The notes under the pieces were generated by a model. It was not told the DNA's origin, made no database searches, and was given only the letters and a program-made list of their open reading frames with translations. From Saccostrea echinata (lineage: Eukaryota), in contig NW_026889753.1 of assembly GCF_033153115.1 (NCBI RefSeq), forward strand, positions 2,232,001-2,296,000: a DNA stretch of 64,000 bases, read 5' to 3'. Position 1 is the first letter of the stretch, and each line of letters starts with the position of its first letter. Of this stretch, positions 1 through 13,646 are shown piece after piece. Both the position numbers and the translations under genes were made by a program.

Positions 1-3000
1 CCAATCCATGTTCACAATGGAGACACGGCCATTGTGACATTTACTGGTGTAGGCTTTGACAGACGAGTAATGGGGGATACCATGCCAGTCACAGACCAGC
101 AGGATATGACAGGAGTCCCTGGGGTCCAGAGTGTTTCTGTACCAGGACAGGTAAGGGAGAATTTTGTTTATTTAGATGTATTAATATACATGTAGTCACT
201 TTTTCAACACAGAGTAAATCCACTACGTTTATATCAAGTATAGTGGAAAAACATGAAAAACAGTACAATTGTACACCTTAAACACATGATAGATTAAGAA
301 ATTTTGAAATTTAAAGAACAAAAAACAAATTTATTATTACTTTAGAAATGTAGAGGAACAGGCAAAGGATTATAAATACAAAGGTCTTACTCAACTTATG
401 CTATACTGTATGTATTGGCAAGTTACATATAATACTAGTAGGAATCTCATTTTGCGATGTCTATTTTCAGCTAATGTACCTATCACAAGAGAGACTGTCC
501 TTTGGAAATCTGCCCCTATTCAGTCGAGCCAGAAGAATGGTGTTTGTTACAAACAAGGCTAAGGATCGAGATGTTTCATTTGAGTGGCATGTCACTTCAC
601 AAGCTGATGCCCAGGTAAATTTTTCATCTACAATACCGTGTCCTGATTTGTGTGTGCTAGAATATTTTTTTATGTTGTCACTGTTTTTATATTTATTTTT
701 ATGCACATTATAAACTTTGATTTCAGTCAGTTAGAGATGTAAGTGTTTTCACTGTTAATGTAGCATGTAAGGCTGTAGAGATATTTCATTTTAAGGTTGC
801 TTTAGTACAACATAGCTGAACACGAAAGATACTAAAAGGATCTAGTTGAAGATTTAGATAGCTGTTGAAAAATCTTTTGTAATTGATCTCAAGATGTTTT
901 ATACCCATTATTTGTCTTTTATTTTTCCAATAAAGATTAATAAGGTAAATTTTATTGATTGTTTGGTTGTTAAGATTTATACATTCCATGTTCTATAGAA
1001 GTGGAATTTTGAGCGAGACACAAATTTGCCATTTATCTTTTGAAATCAGTGTACATTTTTAGTGAGAAATTTTAACATTTTTTTTATTGTCAAGACATAC
1101 TGTATACAGGGAAATTTTTGCCCCCGTTTTATTTTCGCCCCTTTCGCCCTCGTTGCTTGTGGGCGAATTTAAAACGGGGCGATAAAAAAAGCATAATCTC
1201 TTAAGCAAAACTTTTTCTGGGTGAATGTAAAGTGGGGCAAAATTATTTGCAAGTGTGAAAGGTCGAATATAACACAGGGCGAAAATAACCCTGTATACAG
1301 TATACATATAGCTTCTACCTCAGAAACGGAATGAATTACTAGGGATATTCAATTTTTATGATGTCATTACTCTCTAGCTAATATTGCCTAAATTGAAACC
1401 TCGCTGAAAATTCTGCTTATGCTGTATTATTGGAATAATTTTGCAGGTTTCTGTGAAAAAAAGTTCTTATTTTCTATTTGTTCTGTTTTTACTCTACATT
1501 TCTTTTAGAAAGTATATTGGACTTTATTTTAGTGACAGTATTTTAACTGTAGACTCTTTATCCTGGTATACAAGTAAAAGAAATACAATGTATCATAGAA
1601 AAACAGTGATTTTGCTTAACAGCCAAGATTCTTAATGACTTGGTCAGTAATTTATTTCCTAATTAAATCTTCCCTCTTATACTGATGACATCTCTGATTT
1701 TCTGCAGTACCTATCAATCTCCCCAGTAAGAGGCAGACTGTCCCCAGGGGAGAGCCGCATGTGCCGTGTTGTTTTCATCGCCTGTGGAGTCCCATCCTTC
1801 TATGATTTGGATCTGGTTTGTGAAGTAAGTCATTCACAAACAATTTAAAAGATACAATATTCAAATTAAAATATAAACAAATTAAGGGGAGAATAAAATT
1901 TTAATATTCGAATTTTGAGCCATATGCAAGAGATAGGAAGTCTTTAGTATGTAATGAACCTTTGTTTGTTTTCCAACTCATGATGATTCTTTTGAGTTCC
2001 ACATTTTGAAATCTGTGCTTCAGCCACGTATCTCTCTCTACAAGAGTACATTTATTATTCATTTTATTAGCAGTTATTCCATGTTAACTTTTTTTTTTAA
2101 TTTTGTAGGCTACTGATGAACTAGAGATGGACAAATATAAGAAGGAACTGGCTGCATGGGAGAAAGAAAAATACCGACAGAAGTACGAGTTCTGTATTAC
2201 TGAGAATGATCTGGACGCTGACAAGAGGCTCTCAGACAATGTAGAAATTGTGGTAAGCATTGTGAAAATATAGAATGTTATTCCATGCTGTAGTATTTCT
2301 TCTTTCAGAGCCTGCAATATGTAAAAGAAAGTACTTCTGAAAGGAATATTTCTATGGTTTTTGCAGGAACGCTCCTCAAGCCGCCTCAGATCTATGGAGG
2401 AGATAAAGATGGAAGCAGAAGGAGAACTCACTAAATATAAGGTAACTTAATACAAAATGATGGACAGATTTACAATGTAAGTTGGCAATAATGACTTTGT
2501 TTGATATTGCAGCATGTATCCTGCAAATTTTTATTGATTTTCTGTAGACCCTTCCACCAATAAAACAGTTATCTCCCGATGAAAGGAAAGCACTGGAATC
2601 CAGGAAGAAGAAGAAGGAAAATGAGTTGTGGGAAAAACCCTCACCCCCAGTCCCCTTCCTCCTACACCTGGGACTGACCGCCAGAACCCATGACATCAGG
2701 GAGTTCCAGTCCACATTCCCTGAGGAATACAGAAACTTCTTCATTGACAGGTGATTAAATGCCTTATAAATAAAGCCAAATGTGAATGTAACAGTTATTT
2801 CCCATCTATCAGTAACTTTTTTACTATACATTTCAGGTCCATGAGTGAGAGAGTAAGCAAGAGTGGTGGTAGGAAGCAGGCCCTAGTTGAGAGCACCTCC
2901 ACAATTATACCCTGCAGTACTGGGGAGGCAGATGTCATATCGGGGGTTCTTAGCAATGTTCTGAGGTAATTATCACTTGTGTGGAAGTTTGCAAAAACTT

Positions 3001-4299
3001 TTTGAAAATTTAAATAGAAAGAAATATTCATTTAAAATATCTTTTTTAAAGAAGTCTTTAAAAAACACTCCACAGCCAAATTACTATAGAGTATTATAAT
3101 TACCAGGTAGCACATACAATATTTAGTGGAAATTGATTTTCAAGTTGGTGAAGATTCGATTTAGCACTTTCTGAATGTGCTCATTATATATATACACAAG
3201 CCAAACATCAATGTACTTGATTTAGTGGAAGCTGCTCTACACCAAAGGTGCTAAGATAGAATACACAGCCAATTATTATATATTTAAAGTAACCATTGGT
3301 GAATCTACATTTTTCAGAGGTTTATTAGATGACACCTTTTTCCACGAAGCTGTGAAAAAGGTCATCAATGATGACATTCCATTGTATGCTCAAATTGGTG
3401 AGAGACCTGCCACAGCCCCACCGGTAGAGATGAGGGCAGGGCCCAGTGGGAAGACAAAGTCAACTAAGGAGGATTCCCCACTGGAGGATGTCAGTCGTGT
3501 GTCCTCTGCCACACTTCCTGTTTCTCCAGAAGCCACGCCCCCTTCATCAGCTGGCAGTAAAAAGAGTCAGAAGAGTGAAAAGAAGGTCAGTTTTCTGCAA
3601 TTCTGTTCATATTTTCTAGACTAATCTTCACCAGCTAGTACATGTACTTGTTCTTGACATATCCATTTAAAAATGTTTGATTGTACAGTACATGATTTTA
3701 TTTAAGATTTCTTCATGTTTTCCTGTATTTCTTTTGAAGGATCATGTCTCTTATCAAAAATTTAAAAAATACAATCATGTAATTGCAACTACATATTATT
3801 TATAGAAGTCAAGAAAGTCCAAAACTCCACCAAAACACACAATGGAAGAAGTGGAAAAAGTGCAGAAGGAAGGAGCCAGAATAAAGGAAAAACAAAATGT
3901 CAAAAAGTTGGTATTTTTCACCTTTCGTAATAAAATTTTTGTTAATTTAATGCATAAAATAACTTGATGAAATTGCATGTAGTCATGTATATAACTGTCA
4001 GCAACCAGTGTAGGACAACAACAACTAAAAAATCCAATATGAAGGACTGACAGATCAATTGAGAATTAGATTTATGATGTTTGGTGGTAGGTAATGTGAT
4101 ATGTTTTCTATTTTGCAGGTTACCCGAGTTTGGCAATGCTGCAGAATCAATAATAGAAAATACACTGCTGAATATTGTAACAGAGGCATTGTCTGAGGAG
4201 TTTAGCATTACAGCTCGACCCCGATTTATCGCATTACCCAAGAGAACAGCATCAGCCAAAAGCAGACAGTCAAACCAAAATAATACAAAGAAAAACTAA
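1..4299 (+). CDS. CFAP65: Cilia- and flagella-associated protein 65 (CCDC108), 3' ten exons; gene starts upstream of the window
   Basis: Phase-consistent GT-AG exons: <1-150, 471-614, 1708-1824, 2109-2252, 2367-2441, 2548-2750, 2837-2965, 3318-3585, 3806-3906, 4119-4299 (TAA). Peptides LSFGNLPLFSRARRMVFVTN, PSFYDLDLVCE and terminal IIENTLLNIVTEALSEEFSITARPRFIALP resemble the CFAP65 C-terminus as I recall it ([28 protein letters not shown]). Confidence 0.85.
1100..1300. mobile_element. Tc1/mariner-type MITE in a CFAP65 intron
   Basis: TIRs CTGTATACAGGG...CCCTGTATACAG flanked by TA on both sides; internal GGGCGAA/TTCGCCC motifs. Confidence 0.8.
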
Positions 4300-4939
4300 A
4301 ACATGTTATTGAATTATTCAGCAAAAACATAATGCTGTGTATTTAAAAAGAGAAAAAAAAGTTTGCACCGCTGATCTGTGACACTGTTCTGAAACTTGTG
4401 TTGCTTTTTTTTTTTTTTTCGAGTGAAAGGGGAATAACATTACATATATTGTTTAATCTAGGGATTTTATATTTAATATATGAACATGTGAATATACTTA
4501 GAAAGTTTTGATGAAAACAAGTTATGAGAATTTCTCAAAAAAATGTGATATTTTTATAATAACAGTTTGTTGTAATGTTGTTGAATTTGTATTTATGTCT
4601 CTCTGTGACCTCTGCTCCGTCCATTGGCAATTTAATTTTCAATAAATGTGATACCTTTGTCTTGCTTCTTTATAAACCTCTAGTATATTATTTCCTGCAT
4701 ATGAGACACGTTTTTCACCGATGCTTGAATTTTATTGAAAAGACTCGAGCAACAAAACAATGCAATAAATATTTTTGGATGTCAATCAAGTCTATGATAA
4801 TAGTGAGCACCTCTCCTCAACTAGAGTTGATAAATATTCCAAAAATTTCCTTCCTGTTCCAGCAGGGCACACTAAAGAAATGCAGAAAAATAGAGATCTA
4901 TTTCACCCTTTGGATTAATATGTATCACAATTTTATGTT

Positions 4940-7320
4940 TCATTTCATTGCTATTGGCAAGTTGTGCAACTCGTCAACATTCTGTTCCTCCGGAGATTCG
5001 TCTTTCCTACTGCTCTGGAGTTTGTTTTCACCCACCATTATACCAGAGTTGTCTGCCTTTAGGGGTTGTTTGTCCTCTGTAAGATTTTTGCCCTCCTCAA
5101 TGATTTCATTCTCACCAAGTTGTTTGGCCTCGGAAAGGTCCTCAGTGTTTTCCATCTTTATGAGCTTTCGGGCCCTAGCAATTTGTTTGGCTTCATCCAT
5201 AATGTTCAATATTTCTGTTAAGAAAAGGTGTACTGTAAATATGTATGTAAAAAAGATGTTATTCATATAAATTCACGACCAAATAAAATCGCATAGATAT
5301 TTTAAAAAGCTTTGATTTTATTCACAACAAGTTTAACATTCTAGAAAACCGGGTCCTAAGACATGTTATGCTAACCGTTTTTGGTCACCATATTAATTCG
5401 TTAAGGTCAGTATTATTGCCATAGCTACAATATAAATAACATTTGAAAACGTACCGGTATCTAAATTTGTAAAATTAATTCAGTTGCCCTTGGAAAAAAA
5501 ACCTCCATTCTCTCAACATTTATGAGAGGGAGTATTTTTCTTAGGAGCCATCAATATCATCATACTGATATCTTACTGATAACTAACTGATATCTTACTG
5601 ATACTAGTATCAATTCAGATACATCGAACAGTAAAATTACACAAAAATAAGTTAAACTCCCAGTTTTACGCAATTCTTTTTTTTAACCCCCTTTACCTCT
5701 CAAAGATAATTTGCCATCTTTATTTCTGTCTCCAAGATTTATGAAACTCTGTGCGGTCTCCGAGGCCTTTTTTAATGGAAATTTGACCACGGCCAGATAG
5801 AAACGAAATATCTCGTCAAAGTCCAGTAGGCCATCCCTGTTCATATCCCCGAACTCCAGCATGGCGGCTGTCAGGTACTCGTCGTCAAAGTTGCCTATAT
5901 CCTACATGGTAATATGAATGTGCAAATAGGTTGTCGAAGTATTACAAAGCGCAGGTGCTTGGGGACAGAACCCTCCCCCTCCGCGTTCCGTACCCCAAGG
6001 GTCCTTGGAATTTTTATATAAAATATTTTTCTATGACACATTCACAAAGTATTACAATTGAATAATCTAAAATATAATCTAAAACAATGCTCTCTTTTAG
6101 TATCAGAGAGTATGAATTTTTATAAAAAAAATTATTTTATGTTATATTTTTGATTTTTCAATTGTAATACTTTGTAAATGTGTCATAGAAATATATTTTG
6201 TATAAAAAAAAGTCGGAGAACCCTTGGGGTGCGGAGGGGGGAGGGGTCCCGTCCCCAAGCACCTGTGCTGAAAACATGGAAGGTGTTAACAGAGAGGATT
6301 GATGTTACTTTTTCAGATTTATAATAACCCAAATATTTGCCCCACTTTTTACCCTGCTTAAATATTCTTGACCAATATCAGCAATTGTATACACAATCCT
6401 TCTTATGGAACTTATGAAATTAATCTATTTTTGCATTTCTCTTCTTTATATCTAGCAATTAATCGAATATTTACGGATAGTAAAAAAGGGATTAAAAATC
6501 GGACATTTTTTTGTAAAACTACGCTCCAAGGGTATGAAGTCTCGCTCTTAAACAACTAAGGATTATTTTTCGGTACGAAAAATTAAATTAAAAAAATTCA
6601 GTGAAATGTATGGAGATAACGAACAGTATTCACGCTCAAAAGTCCATTAAACAATACAAATTTTGGAGCAGAGCAAACACGGACCTCTAAAACATTAGAG
6701 GTGGGATCAGGTGCCATGTCTGGCAATTCAGACGATAGCTATTTTTCCAAGCCTCAGGAAAAACTGATTATCTAAGTATAAGCCGTTAATATTTGTCAAT
6801 TTCCAAAATTCACCAATTACTATGTCCCTTATGATCGAAGAATTTTGACTGAAGTTTATTTTTGAAGTTGGTCAATCAGCACTTTTCCCCAAAGGATCAT
6901 GTAAAATCCGAATTGGTTAAATGAAAAAAAAAAGTAAAAATTGTGTTTGAATAAAGTGTAAACTGAAATTATTTCACAATTAATGCATTTTATTATTATT
7001 TCGCCATAATGCCCAAAAATGATCTATATAAAGTTGTAGTGTTCCAAGAATTATTATTGCTGAAAAAAAATTACATAATCAGTTGAAAATAACCAAGTAT
7101 CGTATATAATACTGCTTACCATACGTCTGCCAACTTTCCCTGAAAAATTTTCTGCCTTTCTTATGAATCCGGACTTGCTTATCTTTAACCCTTCTCCTGG
7201 ACTAACATCCTCAGGTTTTGCAGAGTTAGGTTTCGATACACCAGCGGGTGCCGTGAGAACACGGATAAAGCACAAATAATAAAAAGAAATAAAATATAAG
7301 CATAAACGAATGGTTTCCAT
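4940..7320 (-). CDS. Secreted two-EF-hand calcium-binding protein (~226 aa) with an acidic tail
   Basis: Exons 7320-7120, 5901-5697 and 5214-4940 are phase-consistent with GT-AG sites. Hydrophobic N-terminus METIRLCLYFISFYYLCFIRVLTAP; EF loops DMNRDGLLDFDE and DRNKDGKLSLRE; E/D/K-rich C-terminus. Confidence 0.8.
5948..6269. mobile_element. Foldback MITE in the EF-hand gene intron
   Basis: Ends AGCGCAGGTGCTTGGGGAC...GTCCCCAAGCACCTGTGCT; the arms stay complementary nearly to the centre (ACAAAGTATTACAATTG / CAATTGTAATACTTTGT). Confidence 0.75.
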
Positions 7321-8827
7321 AGCAAGAACGGGTAATATAGGAACAAATGAAAAATAAACCCGACACAAGAGCAGCCAAAACGCTCAACAGAGTCCCAACA
7401 CCCTAACACCCACGGAAAACTCTTAATCCACTGCGCAATTACCACCAATTGTAAGAACGCAATATTCAATAAAAATAAGGCATATATATAGCAAATGCAG
7501 ATGAAGCGGTGATTGATAATTCATATATTGCTGGAATTTCAATATCGATAAAGACCAGCAATCCACATAGAAGGAAATAATCGACAAAATCATGACATCA
7601 TTGGATCAATTCGTAAATGTTAAGGGAAGCTCCAATCTGGCAATTAAGAAAATTAAAGTGAACAGACAACTAACTAAAATCCCTAGAGTCGCAGTCCCGG
7701 TCAAATCTACCATCAAATGGACCTCGTTTGTTTCCGCAGCCTTTATATAATGCCTTTATAGGAGAGACACGCGTAAATGTAATCAGGAAAATTCTTAAAA
7801 TTAATTAATAGTGCATTTTGTAATAAATCTTGCCAAAAATTACGAAGAAACGAGTTTCTGTTCGGTAAATTGCTGCTTTGAAATAACGATTTGTCTAGTT
7901 CTTTTCATCCGTCTTCATATATTTCGTGTTATTAATTTTTGAAACCATCGATGGATTTTAGGGAACTTGAATACTTTAATAACTACCTATTGTGCTTTAG
8001 ATTAAAACCATAGGCGAATGTAAAATAGAATGTTCAGTGATGAATTATATCGGGTAGATTAATAGGTGCTGGGAACGATATCCTTTGTTCTTTACCCCTC
8101 AATTTTCCTGGTATATCATAAAAGATGATTCAACAATGTTCATAGATTGTGTTCCGCGATTTAAAAGCTAGTAAGTATTCAAAACATATGCAGTATCACA
8201 AAGAATAAAATATTGCTTTTATCTGCGACTTTCATTTATTTTTCATATACTTTCAAAGAAATATTTTTCTTTAAAATATAACGAAGGAATATTTTGCCTC
8301 CCTTTGACTAGTCCTATACAATCTTACACAACAACTAGAAGAATCGTTTGGTCCCATGGAATAAAAACCTGTGGTTCAAGATTTCCTTTCCTTGGGAACT
8401 CCAGAATGGTGCTTATTACTCAAATACATAAACTATACTGTGTACTGGTGATTTTTTAAAAATGGAACTATCAAAAGGTTTTTGTCTATATCGTGTCGGT
8501 GACCAAACAAATGTCTGATCTACAGTTTCAGTGGCATGACTAAAACTTCATACATATTTTAAATATGATTTTTTTTCCGTATTCGAACAGAAGTTGACAT
8601 GGGATATCTGTAGCAAACAATTTTTGCTGAGAGAAGAATGAATGATTTATAACCTTCATTGTTCAACGCTCCAGCTCTGGAAACGGGTAGCTTTTCCCAA
8701 TGTCAATCACAAAAATAAAATTTGACAAACAAATCCATCTTTTATTATCACAGTATGCATAGTAATTGAACACAATATTCATTATACATGTATAAAGTTT
8801 TGCTTCATTAACATGAAACTTTTAATA

Positions 8828-11476
8828 TTAACAACAAAGCCGTTTGCTGTCTTCAAAATTGTTAAGACTCAGCAACATGGCCGCTCCGATCAACAATAAT
8901 TTTTCTTGTGCTTTTATCTTCTTCAAAACTGAAAAAAAAAAAACAATTGCAAGCAACCAGTAAAAAACTGTTGCAGAATGAAGAAAGTCCTGTAATCAAT
9001 CACATCTCTCATTTTACAGTATGCGGACGTTTTCGTAAATATATTATTATATGTTTAATGGGGAAAAGTGAAATCAAACAGTTGTTTCTATTAACAAAAC
9101 TACTCACATTCAATATGAATTTTATTTTCAAGTCCTACTAACTCTTCCGAATTATGAAACGATTTCTTAATAAATTTTGCAACGACATCGCCCTCCATAT
9201 CTTTAACCTGTAAAACAATAACAAAGAACCAATTGTGGGTGTTTCGGCTCTGGCACAAGTGTTCGAGAAAGCGCGAGTTTTCAAGATAAAGAAAGCAAAA
9301 CAAGGAAATATACCATTAAAAACTTACATCTACTGTGACGTTCATGAACCAACCACAGTACTGAGAGTAACAACAGTCATTGGAGAAAGTAAACAGAATA
9401 TCTCCTGTACGATCTACTATCTCAAAACTCGGTCTACAGCATGTCCGTCTGAAAACATAAAACGGCCATAAAATACCTTGCTACTTTGTACGTGCACTAT
9501 ATTTTGTTCTTGACGAGTCCATTGTAGTCGGTCAAAGCACTGTATAAATACCGTTTTTCTGCACGATTGTTTTCTCAATTGGATGGCACAGTTCTTTGTC
9601 TGATAAACTCTGTCTCTCTCTCTCTCTCTCCCCCCCCCCCCATGTCTCTCTAACTTTTGTCACAAAATCATATCTGGATCATAACTCTTGAACCTCATTC
9701 TAATTGAAACGAGTTCAAACTTCAGCATGTTATTGCTAATGACCTATAAAGGTGTATCATGATCCCGACTTAGGGTCACATACTGAAATCGTGTTTGGGC
9801 CATAATTTTCCCTAGGTTTGATAACAACTAGTCAAACAATTTTCTAAGTTTATGTCTATCTTGTATTAAAAGATAGCCAGCCAAGTCAAAACATTTCTGA
9901 AAGAATTTTTTTAAAATATCAAGAACTTCAAATAAACAAAGAAACAGAAAAACCTTTCTCTGATAGTTCCAATCCGAGAATGCGGATGATACACCGTAAG
10001 TTGTGGGAGAAAACAGGAACAAATGCAGCACCCTCTAAAGCTGATCGCTCTTCGAAATCTACCTACGTCATTTCCACTAGAGTCTTGTATACGTGTAGAA
10101 AGATCTCTTGCAGAACCAAGACACGAACGGAATAAGCAGACAAAGGCTATGTAAGAATAAGCATCATATAAGATAAGCAAATTATTGAAAGCCAGATGAC
10201 CATGTTCACGATGTTGCATTATCTAAAAGATACTTTCAGCTATTTCAAAGTTAAAAAGTGAGAATTCAAACCAATGACAGGACAGTATGTTTTAGGCTTC
10301 AAGTAATGTCTTGAATAGTGAATTGTTTGCATTAATTTTTAAAAATTTCCTATGAGGTATTTCTTTTTCTTTTGAAATATAACGTGCATTTTCCAAGGTA
10401 GTTGAACATGTTTCCCGATAATTTTTCGTTTGGCTCTGTTATGGTTTGGGCCGTGGATATCGCCCTGGATAGCTCAGTTGGTAGACCACCTGATTAGTGA
10501 TGCAGGGTTCCCGAGTTCGATTTCCGGTCCAGCCAAACCTTTTCTCCTTTCCCATTACATAATTTGACGCCGTTGACCACCCCTAGACTTGCAGGTGAAA
10601 GCCCTGCCAGGGGCGAACAAGAACTTGAATTGTGTCTTCGAGGGCGAAGACAGTTTACGGAGGGAGGAGTGTAATGGTTTGGGCCTTGGATATCGACCTG
10701 AGCTCAGTTGGTATAGAACACCTGACTAGTGATACAGGGGTCCCGGGTTCGATTTCCGGTGAAGGCATACCTTTTCTTCTTTCCTGTTACATAATTTGAT
10801 GCCGTTGATCACCCTGCAGGTGAAAATCCTGCCAGGGCCGTTGAAGACAATTTTAGGGATGGAGGAGTGTAATGGTTTGGGCCGTGGATATCGGCCTGGA
10901 TAGCTAAGTCGATAGAGCTGCTGACTAGTAATGCTGGGATTCCGGGTTCGATTTCCGGTCCAGCCATACCTTTTCTCCTTTCCTGTTACAATTCCAAGAC
11001 AGTATACACTTTTCTTCTATAGTAACTAAAAATTTTATTTAGGGATCTTTTAAATGTCCTATAGGCATATATATGAAATGTAAGTACCTTCTCTGATTTC
11101 AAACAAGAATTCATTGCTCCCGTTTCCATCATGTACAGTGTAAGCACCCCGACCAATACAACATGGACAAGCTACTGTAAACATAGGTTGATAAAATATA
11201 ACGATATTGCAAAATACTAACCACATTCATTGACCTTTTAAAATTTCAAACAGATTTTAGAAATTTGTAATACTATAGTAGTATAATATAAAAAGATCTA
11301 TGCCTACATCCACAAGCAGTAATCTCTTGACTTAGAATAATCCGGTCAAGATCCTCTATTGCCTCCAGTCCAGTTTCAAGCTCTGTGTTGTTACCGCCAT
11401 TCTCTGCCGGACTGAGTTGAGCAGACGGTTGTTTGGTTATTGTGGTACCATCACTGGACATTCTGTTATAGGACAT
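8828..11476 (-). CDS. Phospholipid scramblase family protein, paralogue 1 (256 aa)
   Basis: Six exons 11476-11308, 11174-11088, 10146-9954, 9448-9328, 9207-9108 and 8928-8828 total 771 nt of open frame. Motifs GLEAIEDLDRIILSQ, Cys-rich RGCCICSC and C-terminal EKLLLIGAAMLLSLNNFE parallel PLSCR GLEYL..D, CSSCCCPCC and KAVMIGACFLIDFMFFE. Confidence 0.85.
10441..10990 (+). repeat. Tandem array (~2.6 units of 198-233 bp) of degenerate tRNA-like sequences in an intron
   Basis: Units start ATGGTTTGGGCC at 10441, 10674 and 10872. Each has box A (TAGCTCAGTTGG-like), an anticodon-like loop with AGT, and box B (GTTCGATTTC). Confidence 0.75.
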
Positions 11477-11808
11477 GTCAAAATCATAACGCGGAAGAAA
11501 CAAATATCAATTATCAGTCACAACTTCTGTCTGTTTATAGTCATTGTTTGACAACAAGCGGGGGATAACTCGTATCTTTTAATTACATTTAAAACTCAAC
11601 TACACAAAATCCTCTTTGAAGCATGAACGAAATATCGATCCACGTATGTAAATCATTTAGAATGATTTAGAAGTTTTTTTTTTCAAGCATGAATAAGTTT
11701 GTTTTATGTAGCTTAAAATCGTTGACGTTTTGGTTTCGCCTCAATATTGATACTTGTTTCGGTAATATTTTTTTTAACTCATTATATAATAATTACAGAA
11801 GGTATTCA

Positions 11809-12240
11809 CACTGGCGGATTTAAGGGGGGGGGGGCGTGGGGGGCGCACGCCCCCCCTAAAATTTTCAAAGTATGATATGACTAATATCAATAATGCCATA
11901 CTTTGGTATATAACAAACCAATACCGCTATTTTTGTGCCTGGTTTTACTCTTAAAATACACGAAAACCCAGGAGCTTCCGGGGGCTTCGCCCCCTGGGCC
12001 CCCTCTATTCAAAGTACGATATGACTAGTATTAATAATGCCAAACTTTGGTACGTATAAACTAACCAATACCCCTATTATTGTGCCTGGTTTTACTCTTA
12101 AAATACACGAAAACCCAGGAGCTTCCGGGGGCTTCGCCCCCTGGGCCCCCACCAGGGGGCCTTAAGGCGGCCCCCAGACCCCCTGCCTGAACAAAGTTAT
12201 CCACGCCCCCCCCTAATCACAAATCCTGTATCCGCCCATG
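11809..12240. mobile_element. Non-autonomous DNA transposon (MITE) with 5-bp TSD
   Basis: Ends CACTGGCGGAT...ATCCGCCCATG; TSD ATTCA at 11804-11808 and 12241-12245; G/C-run subtermini; internal ~140-bp tandem duplication. Confidence 0.8.
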
Positions 12241-12380
12241 ATTCAGGTTCGAATTACATGGAGTATCCCTCTCCCCAGAATCGCACTCATTTACACTTTC
12301 ATAGTAAATGCACTGGCAAACTGTTTATTACCATTGCCTTCTACGAAACCTACACTATATATGCCATGGTATCCCGATAT

Positions 12381-13632
12381 TACGATGGCCGATATGAGCC
12401 GTCAAATTACAAGTAAGAGTAACCCTATTATGTGCGCAGAATTAATTGACTTTAGCAGTAATACCTGATTCATTTTGTACAAGTACATCTTTGTCAATGA
12501 CAAAACGCTTGTACTTGTAATATGAATTTGTACATGTACAAATCTTGAGACAAAATACATTTGAAACTACTTCAACATTTCTCAGATTTATTGGGGAGAT
12601 TATCCGTAAACTTAGAAAGGGTTTAAAACAAAAACACGTGTTTTTTTTTGGGTGGGGTGTGTGTTAAATAAATGCTTATTTTTAATGATATTAAAAAGAG
12701 CAAGACTGTACTTTCACATACGTCGTATGAGATCACGACTCTCGGATTTTTCCATCAAAGAATATTTTGTGTCTTTATTCAGGTTCCTCATGTTTTTTGT
12801 TTGATTAAACCTCTTTCACGGCAACGCAATATAGAAATTCATTCTTAGGCCTAAAATACTAGTTAAAGATTCCAGAGAAAATGAAGCTGAATCTTTAAGT
12901 AAGAAGTTTATTCATTTCCTCATTCTATTCTTTTCCTTGTTCCAATGAAAAAAAAATAAAGGAGAAAAAATATTAATGGAACAAGGGAAAGAGTAGAATG
13001 AAAAATAAACAAAGTTCTTACTTACGCAGATCATCGAGCGACAATCTTTCATCTGAAGGGAAGGGAAATACTAGAGATGCAGCTTCATTGTCTTTGGAAT
13101 CTTTAACCAATATTTTGGGACCTACGAATGAATTTTAATATTGCGTTGTCGATAAGGAAATTAAAATCAAACCAAAACACGAGGAATCTGAATAAAGACA
13201 CTAACAAAATATTCTTTGATGGAAAAAATGTAATGTTGAGGTCTCAGACGACGTATGTGAAAGTAAAAATAATCTCGCTGCGTTTTATGATTATTAAAAA
13301 ATTAGGAATACAGCATTTATTTAACAACAACAACAAAAAAAAGGGGGGGGGTGAAAAGAGAAGAAAACCAGACACACGTGTTTAGTTTTAGTCCCTGTCT
13401 TAGTTTACAGATAATTTCCCCAGTAAATCTGAGGAATGTTAAGTAGTTTCAAATGTATTTTGTCTTAAGATTTGTACATGCACAAATATATATTACAACT
13501 ACAAGCGTTTTGTCATTGACAAAGATGTACATGTACAAAATTATATAGCTATTACTCCTAAAGTCAATTAATTCTGCGTACACAATAGAGTTACTCTTAC
13601 TTGTAATTTGACGGCTCATATCGGCCATCGTA
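12381..13632. mobile_element. 1.25-kb foldback element (arms of ~600 bp)
   Basis: Ends TACGATGGCCGATATGAGCCGTCAAATTACAAGTAAGAGTAAC and its reverse complement; the arms align inward to a centre near 12960. Confidence 0.85.
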
Positions 13633-13646
13633 CGATAGGGCCATTT

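Noticed and set aside
4575-5270. 231-aa + strand ORF
   Set aside because: Antisense shadow of the EF-hand gene's last exon and 3' UTR; no recognisable domain.
10462-10966. Functional tRNA genes
   Set aside because: Acceptor, D and anticodon stems are disrupted in every unit.
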